Positions 23,967 to 38,484 of a DNA stretch of 64,000 nucleotides are shown piece by piece (within the stretch, counting starts at the first letter, position 1; each line of letters opens with the position of its first letter). Below the pieces are notes generated by a model, which was not told the origin of the DNA, did no database searches, and was given only the letters and a program-made list of their open reading frames with translations. Both the position numbers and the translations under genes were made by a program. The stretch covers positions 226,734,001-226,798,000 of the forward strand of contig NC_058368.1 in the NCBI RefSeq assembly GCF_018350175.1, written 5' to 3'. The stretch is from Felis catus. Its lineage: Eukaryota.

Positions 23967-26900
23967 GACTCTCTTGACTCCTCAGGATACACATGGCTGC
24001 CAGCTTTTTGAATGAAAAATATTCCTTTCTAAACCACTGACTCAGGTTCTGGCAACAATCTTAAAGTGACCACTTGATCAATTACTAGAACTACCCTGCT
24101 TCTAATCACAACAAATTGCATTCAAGCATGCCCCAAGGTGAATCCCATGAGATGTGAATGGATTTGAGTGGAGAAGAGGGTGGTAAAAATATTCTTGGGT
24201 GCACATCAGATTGCAAGGGGCTCTGTTCTGCAAGGTTTCCCAGTGCTTTAGTGCACATTGTCATTTTCCAAGCGCCATCCACAACCCCTCCTCCAAGCTG
24301 CCCCTGACTTATTTGTTCCCACCAAGCAGCAACTAAATGAAGCAGATATCTCTCAAATGTCATCTATAAGGCCCATAGACCTCACTCATTCAGCTGATCA
24401 GAAATTCAGTTAAGAACATGCATCAAGATGGAAACTCACCCAACATTAGCAAATTACAACCAATCTAGGGCTAAGCCCAGTCCCTACCACTGGGGATGGA
24501 AGGTATGGAAAATGGGTAACAGTTTTAATACAGTTAGGCCATCAGGGGAAATGTTTTAGAGCTACCAGTCTCCTTTCCTCAGTGGCAAGCCAGCAGCAGG
24601 ACTTTTCTCCCAAAGGCATTGTCTCCATAAAGCATTAGAGTGTTGCCAAGTCCTAACAACTTTTGAAACCAAAGCTCTCGGTAATCTAGTTGTTGTCGGA
24701 TTTTTCCTGTCAGTCAGGCTATAAAAATCCACAATGTTGGTTTTGTTACTCAAGGGAAGGCCAACAGCACTTCCTTTGTCTTAATTCTATTTTCCCAATA
24801 CTTTCCCTCCCCCGAGTATGTACATCTTGCTGCTCTTGAGAAGAATTTGCATCAGCTCATACAGCTCTCTTATTAACTCACTCACAGGACCGTTAGGAGA
24901 AACTTAGAAACCAATTGAGGATTTGAAGTCACCTAAGAGACTATCTTTTCAATCGTTTCCTTTCTGAAAACAGGAAAAGTCATGCCCGTAAAAGTTAGGA
25001 GTTTGCCCGAGGACACCTAGCTAGCAACAATTTTGGAAATCCCCATACTAATTAATGCATTCTGAAGAAAACAACATGTATCTTGAGGAAATAGGTTGGT
25101 CTCCTTTCGCTCTGTAATGTAAGTTTTATTCTGAACAAGGATTTAAATATTAATAACAAATTTAAATCATTAGTAATAGTCCCTAATACAGGATGTGTCC
25201 CCCTTAAAATTATCTTCAGCTTAAAAAGCGTTTTATATTTAAGTCAGTTTTTATTTTTTTTTAAAAAATGATATGTTAAACAGGAAATTAAGGGTATTGA
25301 TGCTAAGCTTCATAAAAATGGTGCAAATGTACCATTCACAAAAGGTGAAGTTTCCTTCCGGAATTATCAAAATCTGAAATTCATCATTCTTGAGAGACAT
25401 AGTGTAGATAGAACAGGTGTTCGGTCTACAGTTTGATTTTATCTGCTAAAAGGACAATATGAGGTTGGTGCCGTCATCTCCCAAATTGCTCCTAAGGCCA
25501 GAGGTTTCTCTCCATTTAATCCATCCTCTCAAGTCACGGAGAAAGGAAAGGGATCATTGAGTCCAGAAGGCCACCATTGTCTCCGACTCCTTCTCTCACC
25601 CACAAATGACATCTGTCTGTGTTCCCCTCCTCCTAAACTTTTTTTACTTGTCCATCTCCCAGTCAACTTTGAGCTCCTTGAGGGCAAGAACCAAGAGGCA
25701 TGATTGGCACAGAGAAGAGAGTCTACCATTAAATGTCAAAAGAATAAAGGCGAGAAGTCGTAGAGAAATCACCATACAGTCCTCCAGTGTGCCAGACGAA
25801 ATGTAGCCACTGCAAATAGCATTTCCAAAAAGGTCCATATGGTTGGAGAAAGAAAGATCAAGATGTTCCTTACCAAAAATCCGTGGGTATGGCAGATACG
25901 GTTTAGAGAACTGTTAGTAATTAAAGGAAAGACTCATAAGGTAGGGATGACATAGCTTGAGTAAACCCCAGGCTCTTACAACTCCACGTGCTCATTAACA
26001 GAACACTACCTGGCATTTGTAGGTGGGTATGTTTATTCCTATTTTATTTATGTCAACTCTGTAGTAGATTATATGCATTTCTCATTCTATTATGGGTGCC
26101 CGGGCATTCTCTACTCTTCTGTGTCCTTATGGAGTCTGAAGGTAAAGAAATGCCCCCTCCCTCTGCCACTGTAATGGCACATAAGGGATTCAGGTGAACC
26201 TCAAACAATAGCTTCACTCAAGGTTCTGGTGTTCAGAACAGATAGGCAGCGGCCCTTTTGGGGTAGAGTCTCAGTGCTGTTACTTTGGGTTGGGTGAGCT
26301 GCACAATATACAAGACAATATACAAGACCAACTCTGATGCACCCGAAATTAGGTCTTAGGAGTCGAAAAGAGGGAGAAAGAAGGGAGAAAAAAATATTCC
26401 CTAATGAGCCTTAAATATTACTTTTCCCTTTCCAGTCTCTCAGTAAAAGGCCCAAGAATATTTGATTTTCTAATAAAAAAAGAAAACCTCTGAATAATGT
26501 AGACCACAATTTCATACTTCCCTTTACATTCCTACCAACAGAAACGCAAGAACTAAGTGGCTGAACGTACAACCTCCTCCTTTCCTCTCCCAAGAATGAT
26601 TCAAAATCACCATTTGTGTAGCAAATGCTGACCATCGATATGGCCATCTCTGGAATGTGACTGTTGAGTGGGATTCTCAGGGTTCCAGACTCTATGTAAG
26701 TAACAAACTTGCTGACCTTGTTAGCTTGCCCCCTTGGCTACTTCACACCCTCATTTGCTACTCACGGCATTTTCTTCAGTTGTTTATAAAATGACCTCAT
26801 GTTCTATGAAGAGTAAAATTAGAGATTTTGCTACGGGGAGGTGCACTATAAACATATCCAGTGGCTAACTGTTCTCTTTTGTTTGAGAACAACTTGGTAG

Positions 26901-29363
26901 TTTTCACGGAATATAGACTTCTACAATAAATTGAGTTCAAATCTTTTTGCAACCTGAATGCACATAGAGTACCCCCCCCCTTTTACACTTTCTCCATTCC
27001 CTTCTTTCCAGAAACCACCTTTTGACTCATTCTAAGATCATTATAAACAGAGAGATACGGACATATAGACCTTGGATTTCCTGACTCTGTCCTCTCTCCA
27101 GTGCTGCCTTAGACGCAATTTGTCAGTGACTGATTTACTTAGAATAGAGAGCTCTCCAGCCAAAGTCACATTCAGCCAACTCAGCAAAATTCTTCCTAAG
27201 AGGAAAACACAAGAAAATATGACTTTTAAGAACTAACATGAGAATCTGATTTAGTGTCATGTTGTTCAGAAATCAGTTTGACTCTCAATTAGTCTCCATT
27301 TTAATGGGTCTGTTCATTTCTATTTGCTTCTAAAAGGCAGGTGGTCCTTTTCACTTTTCTTAAAGGTATACTGACTTCCATGCCTTTTGCTTGCGTCTAT
27401 GGCCTCTCGGTCAGATGGGACTGTCCCTGAAAAAAAAATACGACAAATGTAGCTTCCTACTTTGAAACCCTTCTCCCTTATTATCATCAGTGCCTAAATT
27501 ATGGGCACTAAATGTACCTACTCAGATCCCCAGTCATATTACATAAATGTCTAAATTATTGTACATCTTTCGTGACATGCTATTACTGTAAAAATGTTCA
27601 TCATTTCAGCTCTTAGCCTTGGTGAAAGGGAATGTAATCCGAAAGACAGTGTCTGGCATGTTAATCATTAATAAATCTGAAAAACATGTTGTTTGATCAA
27701 GGCCATCTTTCCCCTCTGTATAATTCTTGTTTTTTTTTTAAACATCAGCAAGTTCTTCCGAAATTCATGATTATCTCTCTGAAAGCTTTAAATAACAACT
27801 GTCGATTTCAAAACAGGCACAGGCTGATACTTTGTTATTTATAGTAAATCCCCGGTTGGCATTGCGTTGATAATCAATCTTTGTTTGTTGTTTAAGCCAT
27901 TCAAACTTCCTCGGATATATAGGATTTCATTGAGTAGGAGATACTGTATGCAAATAAATGCACTTTAGTTACAGAAAGCAGCTGTTAGAACACATTTATA
28001 TTCCAGCAGCAGAGAAGAAATTAATCTCACAGTGGCTTCAATTCAAATTGGTATGATATTCCAGTAATAAATTCCCTGCCCAGATGGAATCATTTTCTCT
28101 ATCATAAATATTTTAAAACACTTGATCTGTATTAAAGTTGTACAGGACTGAAACTGATTTTAAATATCTTAAATATTTTAAATCAAGCTCCAAATAGAAA
28201 AAAATACTTTGGTTATAAAGAATCCATTTAAAAAAAAAATAGTTTTAGAGAAGTTTCTATTTAACCCAAAAGAGAAGCTCATCAGATGATAATTTCGTCT
28301 GACTTGGAGCACCAAAAGAAAGTGTACCTTTATCGTCTGTATTAATCATATTTCTATCATGTGTTTTAATGATACTAGTCGTTCCTTTTACATTGAAATA
28401 AATCCTGAAAGCAGCTATCATTTTTTTCCTTTGTTTATAGGCTGAGTAGAATTATGTTGCCGATTGGCTTACTGGTTTGTCTTTTAAAAATCAGTCTCTG
28501 CATAATGTTAAAATAAAGGGGTTTTTAGTAAGGAATCTCTATCGTCACATACAAAAAAAACCCATCTCATTCTCCCCCTACCCGCACCCCCGGCCTTTAA
28601 TGATCTCAGTATGCTCAGGATCATGACCTTAAGGAGAGCAGACGTTGGCTTCATCAACCCAATGGGTAGAAGCCAATTCCAGAGTTGAAGTTAATCAGTT
28701 AGGAATTGCCAGCTTGCGGGAGGTAAAATTCAGGACCCATTGGCTTACATCAACCATTAAGATGCTGTGTAGAGAGCGAGGCTGTCTTCAGGATTGCCAA
28801 AATCCAAATCCCATGTGCTTTTACAGATTAACATCAGCCCCGAAGTTATATCTGGAAGTAAACTAGAGAGTAGCCTGGTGTGCTCCGTGTAAGTATTACA
28901 TAACCAAACAGGCAATCCAGAAATCAATGAGAGATTTTAGGCACTAGCAGATGTTTTGAACTATTTGGAAAAATAATCGATCCATCGCACAAGCCAGGCG
29001 GAGCGCTCTCATGACACTGACATACAGGTTTGTCCTTGCTTGATAGTGTGTGGACCAACGCCTCCTCAGATGTCAATCCTTACACCTCGAAAAACTGGAG
29101 AAGGCAGTGATGCATTTCTCCAAGCATAGGCAGGCTGTGCATTCTCAGGTGGGTGTTATGATTTATCTTGAGAAAACAAAATGGTGGAATGGTTTCATCA
29201 AGATGAAAATCCTCACAATATGATCACAGGCGGAGGTAGTTCTTGAACTTCAGATCGCTTGGATCAACGAGAAAGAATGGTACTCAATAAAAGAATTTGA
29301 CCCTGCAAAAAGAAAACCAAGATGTATTTTTGAAATCGAAAGTAGAATTGAAAGTCAAAACTA

Positions 29364-29576
29364 GGGGCGCCTGGGTGGCGCAGTCGGTTAAGCGTCCGAC
29401 TTCAGCCAGGTCACGATCTCGCGGTCCGGGAGTTCGAGCCCCGCGTGGGGCTCTGGGCTGATGGCTCAGAGCCTGGAGCCTGTTTCCGATTCTGTGTCTC
29501 CCTCTCTCTCTGCCCCTCCCGTGTTCATGCTCTGTCTCTCTCTGTCCCAAAAAATAAACAAACGTTGAAAAAAAAA
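29364..29576 (+). mobile_element. Young felid Can-SINE
   Basis: TSD aaagtcaaaacta at 29351-29363 and 29577-29589. Confidence 0.97.
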
Positions 29577-31393
29577 AAAGTCAAAACTAAGACTATAGTT
29601 CTTTTAGTGTCTAAATAAAGTTATATTTTCTCTGTGCCTCGGAAATTAATTCAAACTTTGAGTCAGGGCCAACCGAGACTGATTTTTTTTTTCTGAATGG
29701 CTGGTTGCTCATACCTTCAAAACGACAGTAGTTTCAGGTTAGCTAGACAAAGCTTAAGTCACAATGCAATAGAAGGACACAGGCAGAAGAGAAACAGATG
29801 GAAAGATTGTTCTGTCTTGTTCATGCTAATCTCTCTTTCATCAATGGAGATCATCTCTCTTAGAGTAAAAGATCTTTAGAAAGGCATAGGGGGACGCCAC
29901 AACTCTTCCAGGAGACCCCTCCGGTAACTATTTCACAAGAGACAAGATGCACATTTTCTTATCTGTCTACTCAGAATAACTGGTCACCCTCTTGTGCATC
30001 ATCGCCTTTATCTGTCAGCTAGAAGATCTGCCTCTACGCCATCTTTCACTTAATTGCAGCATCCCATGGGCAAGTTAATAATGACGTCTACAAAATTGTC
30101 ATGCTTACCGATTTTATGTCTAAAACTTTACAAAATGTACATTCCAGGAATCATCAACAACTCTTAGCCTCATGTACATTCTGGATTAAAAAGAAATTTT
30201 CATTGCTTCATGACGAAAGCTGTTGAGTAGCCCAGGGATGGTGAGCCTTGCAATAGCTTTAACTTCTAAAGCTCATGGTAATAGCTGGAGGTTGCCCACC
30301 AGGTGCTTCCCGTACTTTAGTACAGAATGCTGCCCCTCAGTGGGGTAGACGCATTGATATTTCCCACTAATCCCAGTGTATACATTTCTTTGATACCAGT
30401 GAAATAGTAAAAATGACGTCAAGAACCAACTTAAAAGGAGAATTAAATACAAGATCGACAGAAATGTGCTTCATAGCCTGGTAGGGATTGGTGGAAGAAG
30501 CAATCATCACAGAATCTAAACACAAAGAGGGGTTATTCTTATAGGTAAATCACAGGAAAGGAAGCTGAGGTCTACAGCTACGGAGTGACTTTTGCAAAGT
30601 CACAGCAAGTTACTTTAACAGAAGTTAACAGCGAGGCTCCGACAGTAAAATGTTAGGAAGAGTCCCATTACTTTTCAATGATTTTTGCAATTTTAAGCAA
30701 AATTGGCATGCTGATTATACGTATATACGTATATGACTTGAATAGATACATAATTGGATACACGGTTCATAAATATATACACCTGGGTGACGATTCCTCT
30801 TCCCAAACTGTTACATTAGGAGTCACTCTAGCCACACGTCTCCAAAGGGCAACGTGAGACAGAAGGAGACACCCAGATCCACAGAAAATGACCACTTATA
30901 TCTTTCAGTTTCCCTAGAATATGGGATCAAGAACTGGGCATATTGAGGCACTCTTCGTCTGATTCCAGCTATCCCTGGAGTAGATCGGCTTCTCACCGAG
31001 ACTGCCTGGAGATGAGGGGCCCCTCGTGAAACACCACAGTTCCGCCTTTCTTTCAAACCAATACTCTGAAATCCTCCAGGTCATAGGAAGCTCAGGGGAC
31101 AAAGACACCCCCGTCCTGATATCTTAAGCATCCTCTCCTGACCTTGACTCTCAAGCTGAGGGGACATGTAGATCTGGACGTTTTAGTCCACTGTGGCATT
31201 CAAATGTCTGAATTTAGAAGACATTTGATAGGATCGTTGTAGTCATGTTGGTCAAATAGTGACTTACCTGAGGCACAATGTTACTGACCTTCCAACCACT
31301 GCTGTTATTCCTTCCACCAAAAAATGGCAAGTTTTATGGCTGAAGTATACACCAGAAGCCAAACAGTCGAGTTCAAACTCTGAATTCAGTCTT

Positions 31394-31574
31394 TTTAAAA
31401 ATTTTTTTTTTGAGATAGAGAGAGGATGCACATGCAAGAGAGTGGGGGAGGGGCAGACAGAGAGGGAGAGAGAATCCCCAGCCTGATGCTGGGCTCAGTC
31501 TCACAAGCGTGAGATATGACCTGAGCTGAAATCAAGAGTCAGGCACTTAACCGACTGAGCCACGCAAGTGCCTC
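31394..31574 (-). mobile_element. Older Can-SINE
   Basis: Diverged SINE body; degenerate TSD tga(a)attca[g/c]tctt. Confidence 0.88.
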
Positions 31575-32403
31575 CTGAAATTCACTCTTGAGACTGAAGC
31601 TCCACAAGACCCTTGCTGAGTCTGTACTACATAAAAAGAAGGAGGACTGAGCACCGGTTGAAACAACAAGAACTGGACAGGAATTTATGGAACAACTCTT
31701 CTTTACCATGGATTGAAAACAAATTGGTATTTCGCAGATTCAGTCTATGCTCGAACCTGCATCTGGCAGGATATTTGTCTGCAAAATTGATGACTGGAAA
31801 ATGTTAGCCATTTTTTGGGAGATGATACCCGATTCCTTAACGATCTGAGACAAAGTTCTATGTCTTTCAGATGGTAAACTATTAGAAAGGACACACTCTG
31901 TCAGAAAAACCTACCTGATAAAGAGCCCACACCGGCTTATACTTGTCGACATTTACGGGCAGCTGGAGACAGGGCTGCAGGATTTTTGGATCTTAGTCTC
32001 CACACTGGCATTGGCTGGATATGTCTTTTTACCCAGTGGAGAGCTGTGTGAAGAAGAAAGGAGAAGATCTTCAGGAAAGCATTTTGAGAAGCAGGAATTA
32101 TTATATAAAGATGTCATCAAAATACCCGATGCCAAGACGATTCCCAGAGGAAGGAAGGCTTGAATGTGGACAGGTCCTATAGGAACCAAAAGTAAAGACC
32201 CCACATAATGGACTTATAGATAAATATAAAAGTTGACAGAAAACTGGATAATGTTTGGCATTTCAGATCCAAAGTTCAGACCAAAGTTTCTGCTGAGTAT
32301 CCAAATGGGTAAAAGTACACGTTATCGTATTTCTTAACTCTATTGTGTGCCAACTAGCAGCTAGGTACTTTATATATTATTCTCAAATTAAAATTTAATT
32401 CTC

Positions 32404-32511
32404 GGGGCACCTGGAGGGCTCAGTCGGTTAAGCAACCGTCTTCAGCTCAGGTCATGATCTCACAGTTCATGAGGCGGGCTCGGCGCTGACCGTGTGGAGG
32501 CTATTTGGGAT

Positions 32512-32544
<33 letters not shown>

Positions 32545-32637
32545 GTCTGTCTGTCTCTCTCTCTCTCCTGCTCTTCTCCCACTTGTGCTCTCTCTCTCCC
32601 AATATAAACAAATAAACTTTAAAAATTAAAAAAAAAT
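32404..32637 (+). mobile_element. Can-SINE inserted in a minus-strand MIR
   Basis: ggggcacctggagggctcagtcggttaag head; MIR motifs on both flanks. Confidence 0.92.
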
Positions 32638-32977
32638 ATATCAGCCAAATGTTATTTTGTAGACATTATTTTCAATTTCTGATGAGAATATCGAGGCACA
32701 GAGAGATTCACCTGGTTGTCTGCAACGCCACCCCTAGGAAAGAGCAGAACTGGAGTTTAAACCCCCAAGAAACTACAAGACCATGATTTTGTCCATGACA
32801 CTACATGATACTGAGCTGAAAAGAGACAACATTAACAGGATGAGCAAAATTTTAAGGGTCCATATGGGACCCCCCAGTCAGAGGGTGTCGTTTCTGAGAG
32901 ATCAACGATTGGAAAAAACGGTCTTTGTATTGCATCCCTGTTCTCTTTGTGCATCTAGGGGATAATGGGACAGCATT

Positions 32978-33193
32978 AAAATTTTTTTTTAACGTTTATT
33001 TATTTTTGAGACAGAGAGAGACAGAGCGTGAACGGGGGAGGGGCAGAGAGAGAGGGAGACACAGAATCGGAAGCAGGCTCCAGGCTCCGAGCCATCAGCC
33101 CAGAGCCCGACACGGGGCGCGAACCCACGGACCGCGAGATCGTGACCTGAGCTGAAGTCGGACACTTAACGGACTGAACCACCCAGGCGCCCC
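32978..33193 (-). mobile_element. Can-SINE
   Basis: TSD aatgggacagcatt at 32964-32977 and 33194-33207. Confidence 0.97.
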
Positions 33194-34202
33194 AATGGGA
33201 CAGCATTTAAATCCATGTTCTCGATTTGAGTGTTATCCCTGTAAGTACTGCCAAGGAGAACACTACTTTAACCTTTCTCCAATTTTCCCAAAAATAAAAG
33301 TTTTCAAGGACAAACATTAGTGCAGATTATACCTTGACAATGTCTCAAAACTCTGCATGGCTCTATTTGAACAGAAGCCAAATTTATGAAAAAAAAAATG
33401 TCCACTTCAAAAGCTTAATGAAGGCAATTTGTCAACAATTTCACACATCATTTGCTCACAACCTTTGAATAGAAAGTTTCCCAATTTACCTTTTTCCCAT
33501 GTGAACTTCTGGTCATGTGCATTTAGTGATTCATTAATCATCATTTTCCCCAGAAACTGAGACGCAAGCAAAACACAATCCAAACGATCTGGGAAAATAT
33601 CTTCGATCCAATATGCTTATCATTTATATTTATCTTTTATGTGATGTCAGAACAGTGCACATAGAATTATGATCAGAGGCTGGTCTAAGATTTGGAATGA
33701 ATTTGCTACACAAAAGGTTAAAACAACTTAATTGTTTCCTAGAGTGTCTAAATATTAGACGTCTAAAAATTTTGTAGAGGAGGGAGAGAAACAGAGACAA
33801 ACAGAAGCAAATGAACATGACTTACAGGAGAACAAGCAAAGGCTTCCCTTGGCATGGATTCTCGAAATAATTAACACGACACTCTTTGCAAAGGGACCTA
33901 CTTGTCAAATAGCTAACTTAAATCCACGACTGTTGATTGTCAGTTGCAAAACAGATGATCTGTTTTGCAATCCGAACAGCTGAGCGGTAGGATGATGGAA
34001 AGTAATTAATAACACCAAGAATAAGGTTATACTATTTGTATATCTGGGGCTCATAAAGTGTTATAGTGACTGAGGGAGGAGTTGCAGATGTTTCTGCTAT
34101 TTCAGGAAAGCAAAGAAGCGTAAAACACTTCAACAGACAAGGGGGCGCAAAACATTTGGTGCTGCGATACTTACCGCAGAAACTATTTTCTGTTAAATTT
34201 TT

Positions 34203-34426
34203 TTTTATTTTTTTATTAAATTTATTTTTATTTTTATTTTTGGGACAGAGAGAGACAGAGCGTGAACGGGCGAGGGGCAGAGAGAGAGGGAGACACAGAA
34301 TCGGAAACAGGCTCCAGGCTCTGAGCCATCAGCCCAGAGCCCCACGCGGGGCTCGAACTCCCGGACCGCGAGATCGTGACCTGGCTGAAGTCGGACGCTT
34401 AACCGACTGCGCCACCCAGGCGCCCC
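34203..34426 (-). mobile_element. Young felid Can-SINE
   Basis: TSD taaattttt; young-subfamily diagnostics. Confidence 0.96.
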
Positions 34427-35209
34427 TAAATTTTTAATGTAAGGCAAAACTTCCCTATTGCGTACTTGGGCTGCCCACATAGGGGACTCAGGTATGACAT
34501 CTACATTGACAAAGAAAGGTAGTTTTATAAGACGAGGTGAAATATACTCTTGACCCAGGTATCTAGATAATTTGTCAAAAAGAATTAGAACCAGAAAAAA
34601 AAAAATGGGAAAACTGGTGGAGGACTTGGGAAAGTGTTGGAATACATTATCCAGTGATTTTCACCCTTCAATCCACTTTTCAGCATAAAGGATTGTGTTT
34701 GCTAAACTATTTGGGCTATAATGATTCATAGCGCCGGTGGTGGAATCTGCATGTGTCTGTGTGCGTGTCTCTGTGCGCATATACTTATTTTCACGCATGT
34801 AAGTGCTTTGTCCGAATGAAATGTTTGGGCTACATTTATTACCCAATGGATTTTAATCAGCTTTACCAGATATATATTGAAATCATCAAAGTTCTTAACT
34901 TAAAGATAATTCCCTGAAGAGCTTGATGAAATGTTCTTGTTTTTTTGTTTACATTTTACTAAGAGAACGAAATGTTTGCTTCCAAGGAAACTGATCAATT
35001 GTCTGAAGATATTCACCCAGCTTCACCCAGCAAATGTCCAGGTTCCTGGGGAAGTTTGTTTATAGCGTCCTCTCCTCTGAGTGAGTGTGGTGCTTACCCT
35101 GACAACACTTTGCTGAGTGGGTAATAATGGGAGGATCATTTTCCCTTTTTTAAACCGTGAATATATTGCTCCATTGTCTTCTACTGTCTGTGCTGTTTAT
35201 GAGCACATG

Positions 35210-35575
35210 CTGGAAGTTTGTACCTTTTGTCCCATATCTTCCCATTGCCTCCATTCCCCAGCCCCTGGTAACCACCACTCTGCTCTGTTTCTAAGTTCAG
35301 CTTTTTTAGATTCCAAATATAGGTGATATTACATAGTATTTGCCTTTCTCTATTTGACTAATCTCATTAACATAATGCCCTCTGGTTTCATCTAAGTAGT
35401 TATAAATGGCAGAGTTTCCTTTTTTCTCATGGATGAATAATATTCCACTGTGTGTGTGTGTGTGTGTGTGTGTGAGTACACACAGCACATCATCTTTGTC
35501 CATTTGCTTGTTGACAGGCACTTAGGTTGTTTCCACAGCTTGGCTATTGTAAATAACGCTGCAATAACATAGGTT
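35210..35575 (-). mobile_element. L1 3' region (L1MA-like) with internal (TG)n at 35449-35473
   Basis: ccccagcccctggtaaccaccactctgctctgtttct...ttaggttgtttcca...ggctattgtaaataacgctgcaat. Confidence 0.85.
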
Positions 35576-36652
35576 TGCTTAGGGTTTTTTCTCCATTATT
35601 CTTATTTTTCAAATTCCATTGTGGTAGGTCTAGGTGTGGATGTTATTTTATTCAAATTATTTGACATTCACATGGTTCTTTCCATCTGAAAATTCATGGA
35701 AAATATTCTATTAATGTGAGTGATTCTTCCTTGCCATTTATACTTATTCTCTTTCATCAGAACTCTTATTATACAGATAAAGGAATTTCTGGATCTGTTT
35801 TCCAGGTCTCTTAATTTTTTCTTTTATTTTTTGTATGTCTTTGCTATTTTGTGTTTTAATCTGTGAACATTCACAACTTGAGGTTTTAGCTTCTGAATTC
35901 AGTCTTTATTAGCTAATCTGTTTAGTCTATTCTATCTCCTTAGATTTTTAAAATTTAAATGATCATATTTTTTCATTTTCAAGACATCTAATAAGTTATT
36001 TTATAGCAGCCTACTCCTGCTTTATCCTATCCTATATTTCTGAGATTAATGATGACACTTTAATTTTTAAAAATTTTTCATTGAAAAGATGATGCATGCT
36101 TATCATAAAAGCAAACCTCCCCCCCCCCCAAATAAAAGCTTCAATGGACAAATAAAAAATTAAGTCTTCCTCCTAGCTAGAACCAGCAGAGGCTTCTGGA
36201 AAACAAGTTATATCAACAGTTTCTTTTTTGTGGGTATAGAATTCCAGAAATTTTCTATGCATATTTAGCATATATTTATATGTGAGCCTATATGTTTTTT
36301 AAACAAAAAAGTTGGTATGTTAAACATACTTCTGAAATATGACTGTTTTTGGGTTCCTTTCCATTATTTCACTCATAAAATTTTGGAGGTAATTTTATAT
36401 CCATACATACAGAATTATCTCTTTAAAAAACACTTTCTCAAAACTTCCTCTATGGATCACCATAAATTATTTATGTACTGTCTTATTGTGAAATATTAAG
36501 ATTATCACTGTTTTTTTTTTGCCATTACAAACAATACTGTAGTAAACATGTCTGCATATTTAGCTTTTTCACATAGTGTGAATATGTTATAGAATGAGTC
36601 CCTAGAAATGGAGTTTCCAAGTCTAAATGTACACACATTTAAAATTTTGACA

Positions 36653-36821
36653 GGGACACTTGGATGGCTCAGTCAGTTGAGAATCCGACTTCAGCTCAGG
36701 TCACGATCTCGTGGTCCATGAGTTTGAACCCTGACTCCGGCTCTGTGCTGACAGCTCAGGGCCTGAATGAAGCCTGCTTCAGATTCTGTGTCTCCCTCTC
36801 TTTCTGCCCCTCCCCCTCTCA

Positions 36822-36869
<48 letters not shown>

Positions 36870-36916
36870 ATGAATGAAAACATTTTAAAAATGTATTAAA
36901 AAAATAAAAAATAAAT
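36653..36916 (+). mobile_element. Can-SINE
   Basis: Degenerate TSD aaaa[tt/gg]ttgaca; long (CT)n. Confidence 0.94.
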
Positions 36917-37101
36917 AAAAGGTTGACAAACGTTACCCAATTGTCCTCCAAAGAGGTTGCATTAGCAATTTATGAATTTAGCAATTTACTTCCTCATAAC
37001 CTTAACAAAACCATACATTATATTTGAAAGTGATAAGCTATTTTTCCGCCGGGGGTGTTGCAATTTTTCCCACTTTTTCACTCTGTTTTTTATTTTATTT
37101 C

Positions 37102-37316
37102 TTTTTTTTTTTTCAACGTTTATTTATTTTTGGGACAGAGAGAGACAGAGCATGAACGGGAGAGGGGCAGAGAGAGAGGGAGACACAGAATCGGAAACAG
37201 GCTCCAGGCTCTGAGCCATCAGCCCAGAGCCCGACGCGGGGCTCGAACTCATGGACCGCGAGATCGTGACCTGGCTGAAGTCGGACGCTTAACCGACTGC
37301 GCCACCCAGGTGTCCC
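37102..37316 (-). mobile_element. Young felid Can-SINE
   Basis: 18-bp TSD tgttttttattttatttc at 37084-37101 and 37317-37334. Confidence 0.97.
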
Positions 37317-38484
37317 TGTTTTTTATTTTATTTCAATGCAACTATTTGAAACTTTAGTTCCTTCTAGGTTTTTTTTACCTTTCTTAGAAAGGTCTTTCTC
37401 CTGCCCAAACTGGAAAAATATTCAACCATGTTGTCTTTTAATACTCTCCTTTCACCTGAAATTTACTTTTATTATAAAAAATGAGGAAGCAAGCTAAATA
37501 ATATTTTCTTATTTAGTGGCTATTCCATCTACTTGTCACTAAAATTGAATAGCACTTTCATCAGATGCTAAATTGTCATATGATTATATTTCCTTATGTC
37601 TTCGTCTCTTTACTATTAACTCTGCTTTTTGGGGTGTTAGTTCTACTCTTTGCTGAATTCGATGACATCATATTGATGTACTAAAATGCATGGTAATTTT
37701 GGTTATGTGCTTTATGTTTGAGATTCTCTGTGCCCCTGTCTGTGGAAATTCTTGGGAACTGCTGTTAGCATTTGTTATGGGAGGAATAAATTCTAATTCT
37801 GCTTGGGGATGTAAGTACCTTACCATTTGGTGCAGCCCCCCCGTTAGTCACGAGTATCCTCAAAGATGTTGGGCACTGCTCTGATTCTCTGGATCCAGTG
37901 CCCACACTCACTGCTCCAGCTTGGGGTTAAAGAGCCCTGCTGTATCTATGAGCCACTAGATACAAATTACTGCCGGATGAAGGAGTAGGGAGGAGAAACA
38001 CCAGACTTCTTGGTTTACCAAAACAATCACCCAGGCAATTGCCCTAGCCCCCCCTTCCTGCTTCCTGACCCTATTACCTCTGGGCTTAGAGCCTCTGTGG
38101 AAGTGCCTCTACCTTTTACAGAAGTCCTATTCTACATGTGCTATTGGCCATCAAACTTGTCTTCCTTTTGGAAGAAGAAATCAAGGATGTCTCCAAATTT
38201 TCAATCCATCAATGGCAGTCTTTTTGGGTTCCAGCATGTTATAAAGAATCTCTTTTTTTGTCATTTCTAATTTTGTGTGGGAATGGCAAGCAAGCATAGG
38301 CATTTGTTGTGCCATTTTGACCCAAGCTACAGACCTTTTCCTTCTTAGTAGGATCTTGTGCAATTTCCATTGATGAAAAACAGAATATTCTTCATGAAAT
38401 ATGGCCTCAGACCATCCATTTATCATGTGGTTTTCAGCAACATTAACTATATGATCCTTGCAACTTTAAAGAGTACTGTTTAAT

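Larger units (their letters stand above)
35580..37700 (-). mobile_element. Highly decayed old L1 fragments
   Basis: T-rich antisense L1 motifs (cctagaaatggagtttccaagtctaa; ccaattgtcctccaaagaggttg). Confidence 0.55.

Noticed and set aside
30716-30733. 18-bp palindrome tatacgtatatacgtata
   Set aside because: Low-complexity TA-based repeat; symmetry is expected.
34135-34150. AGGGGGCGC CTCF-like core
   Set aside because: Lacks the upstream CCA(C/G)C part of the motif.
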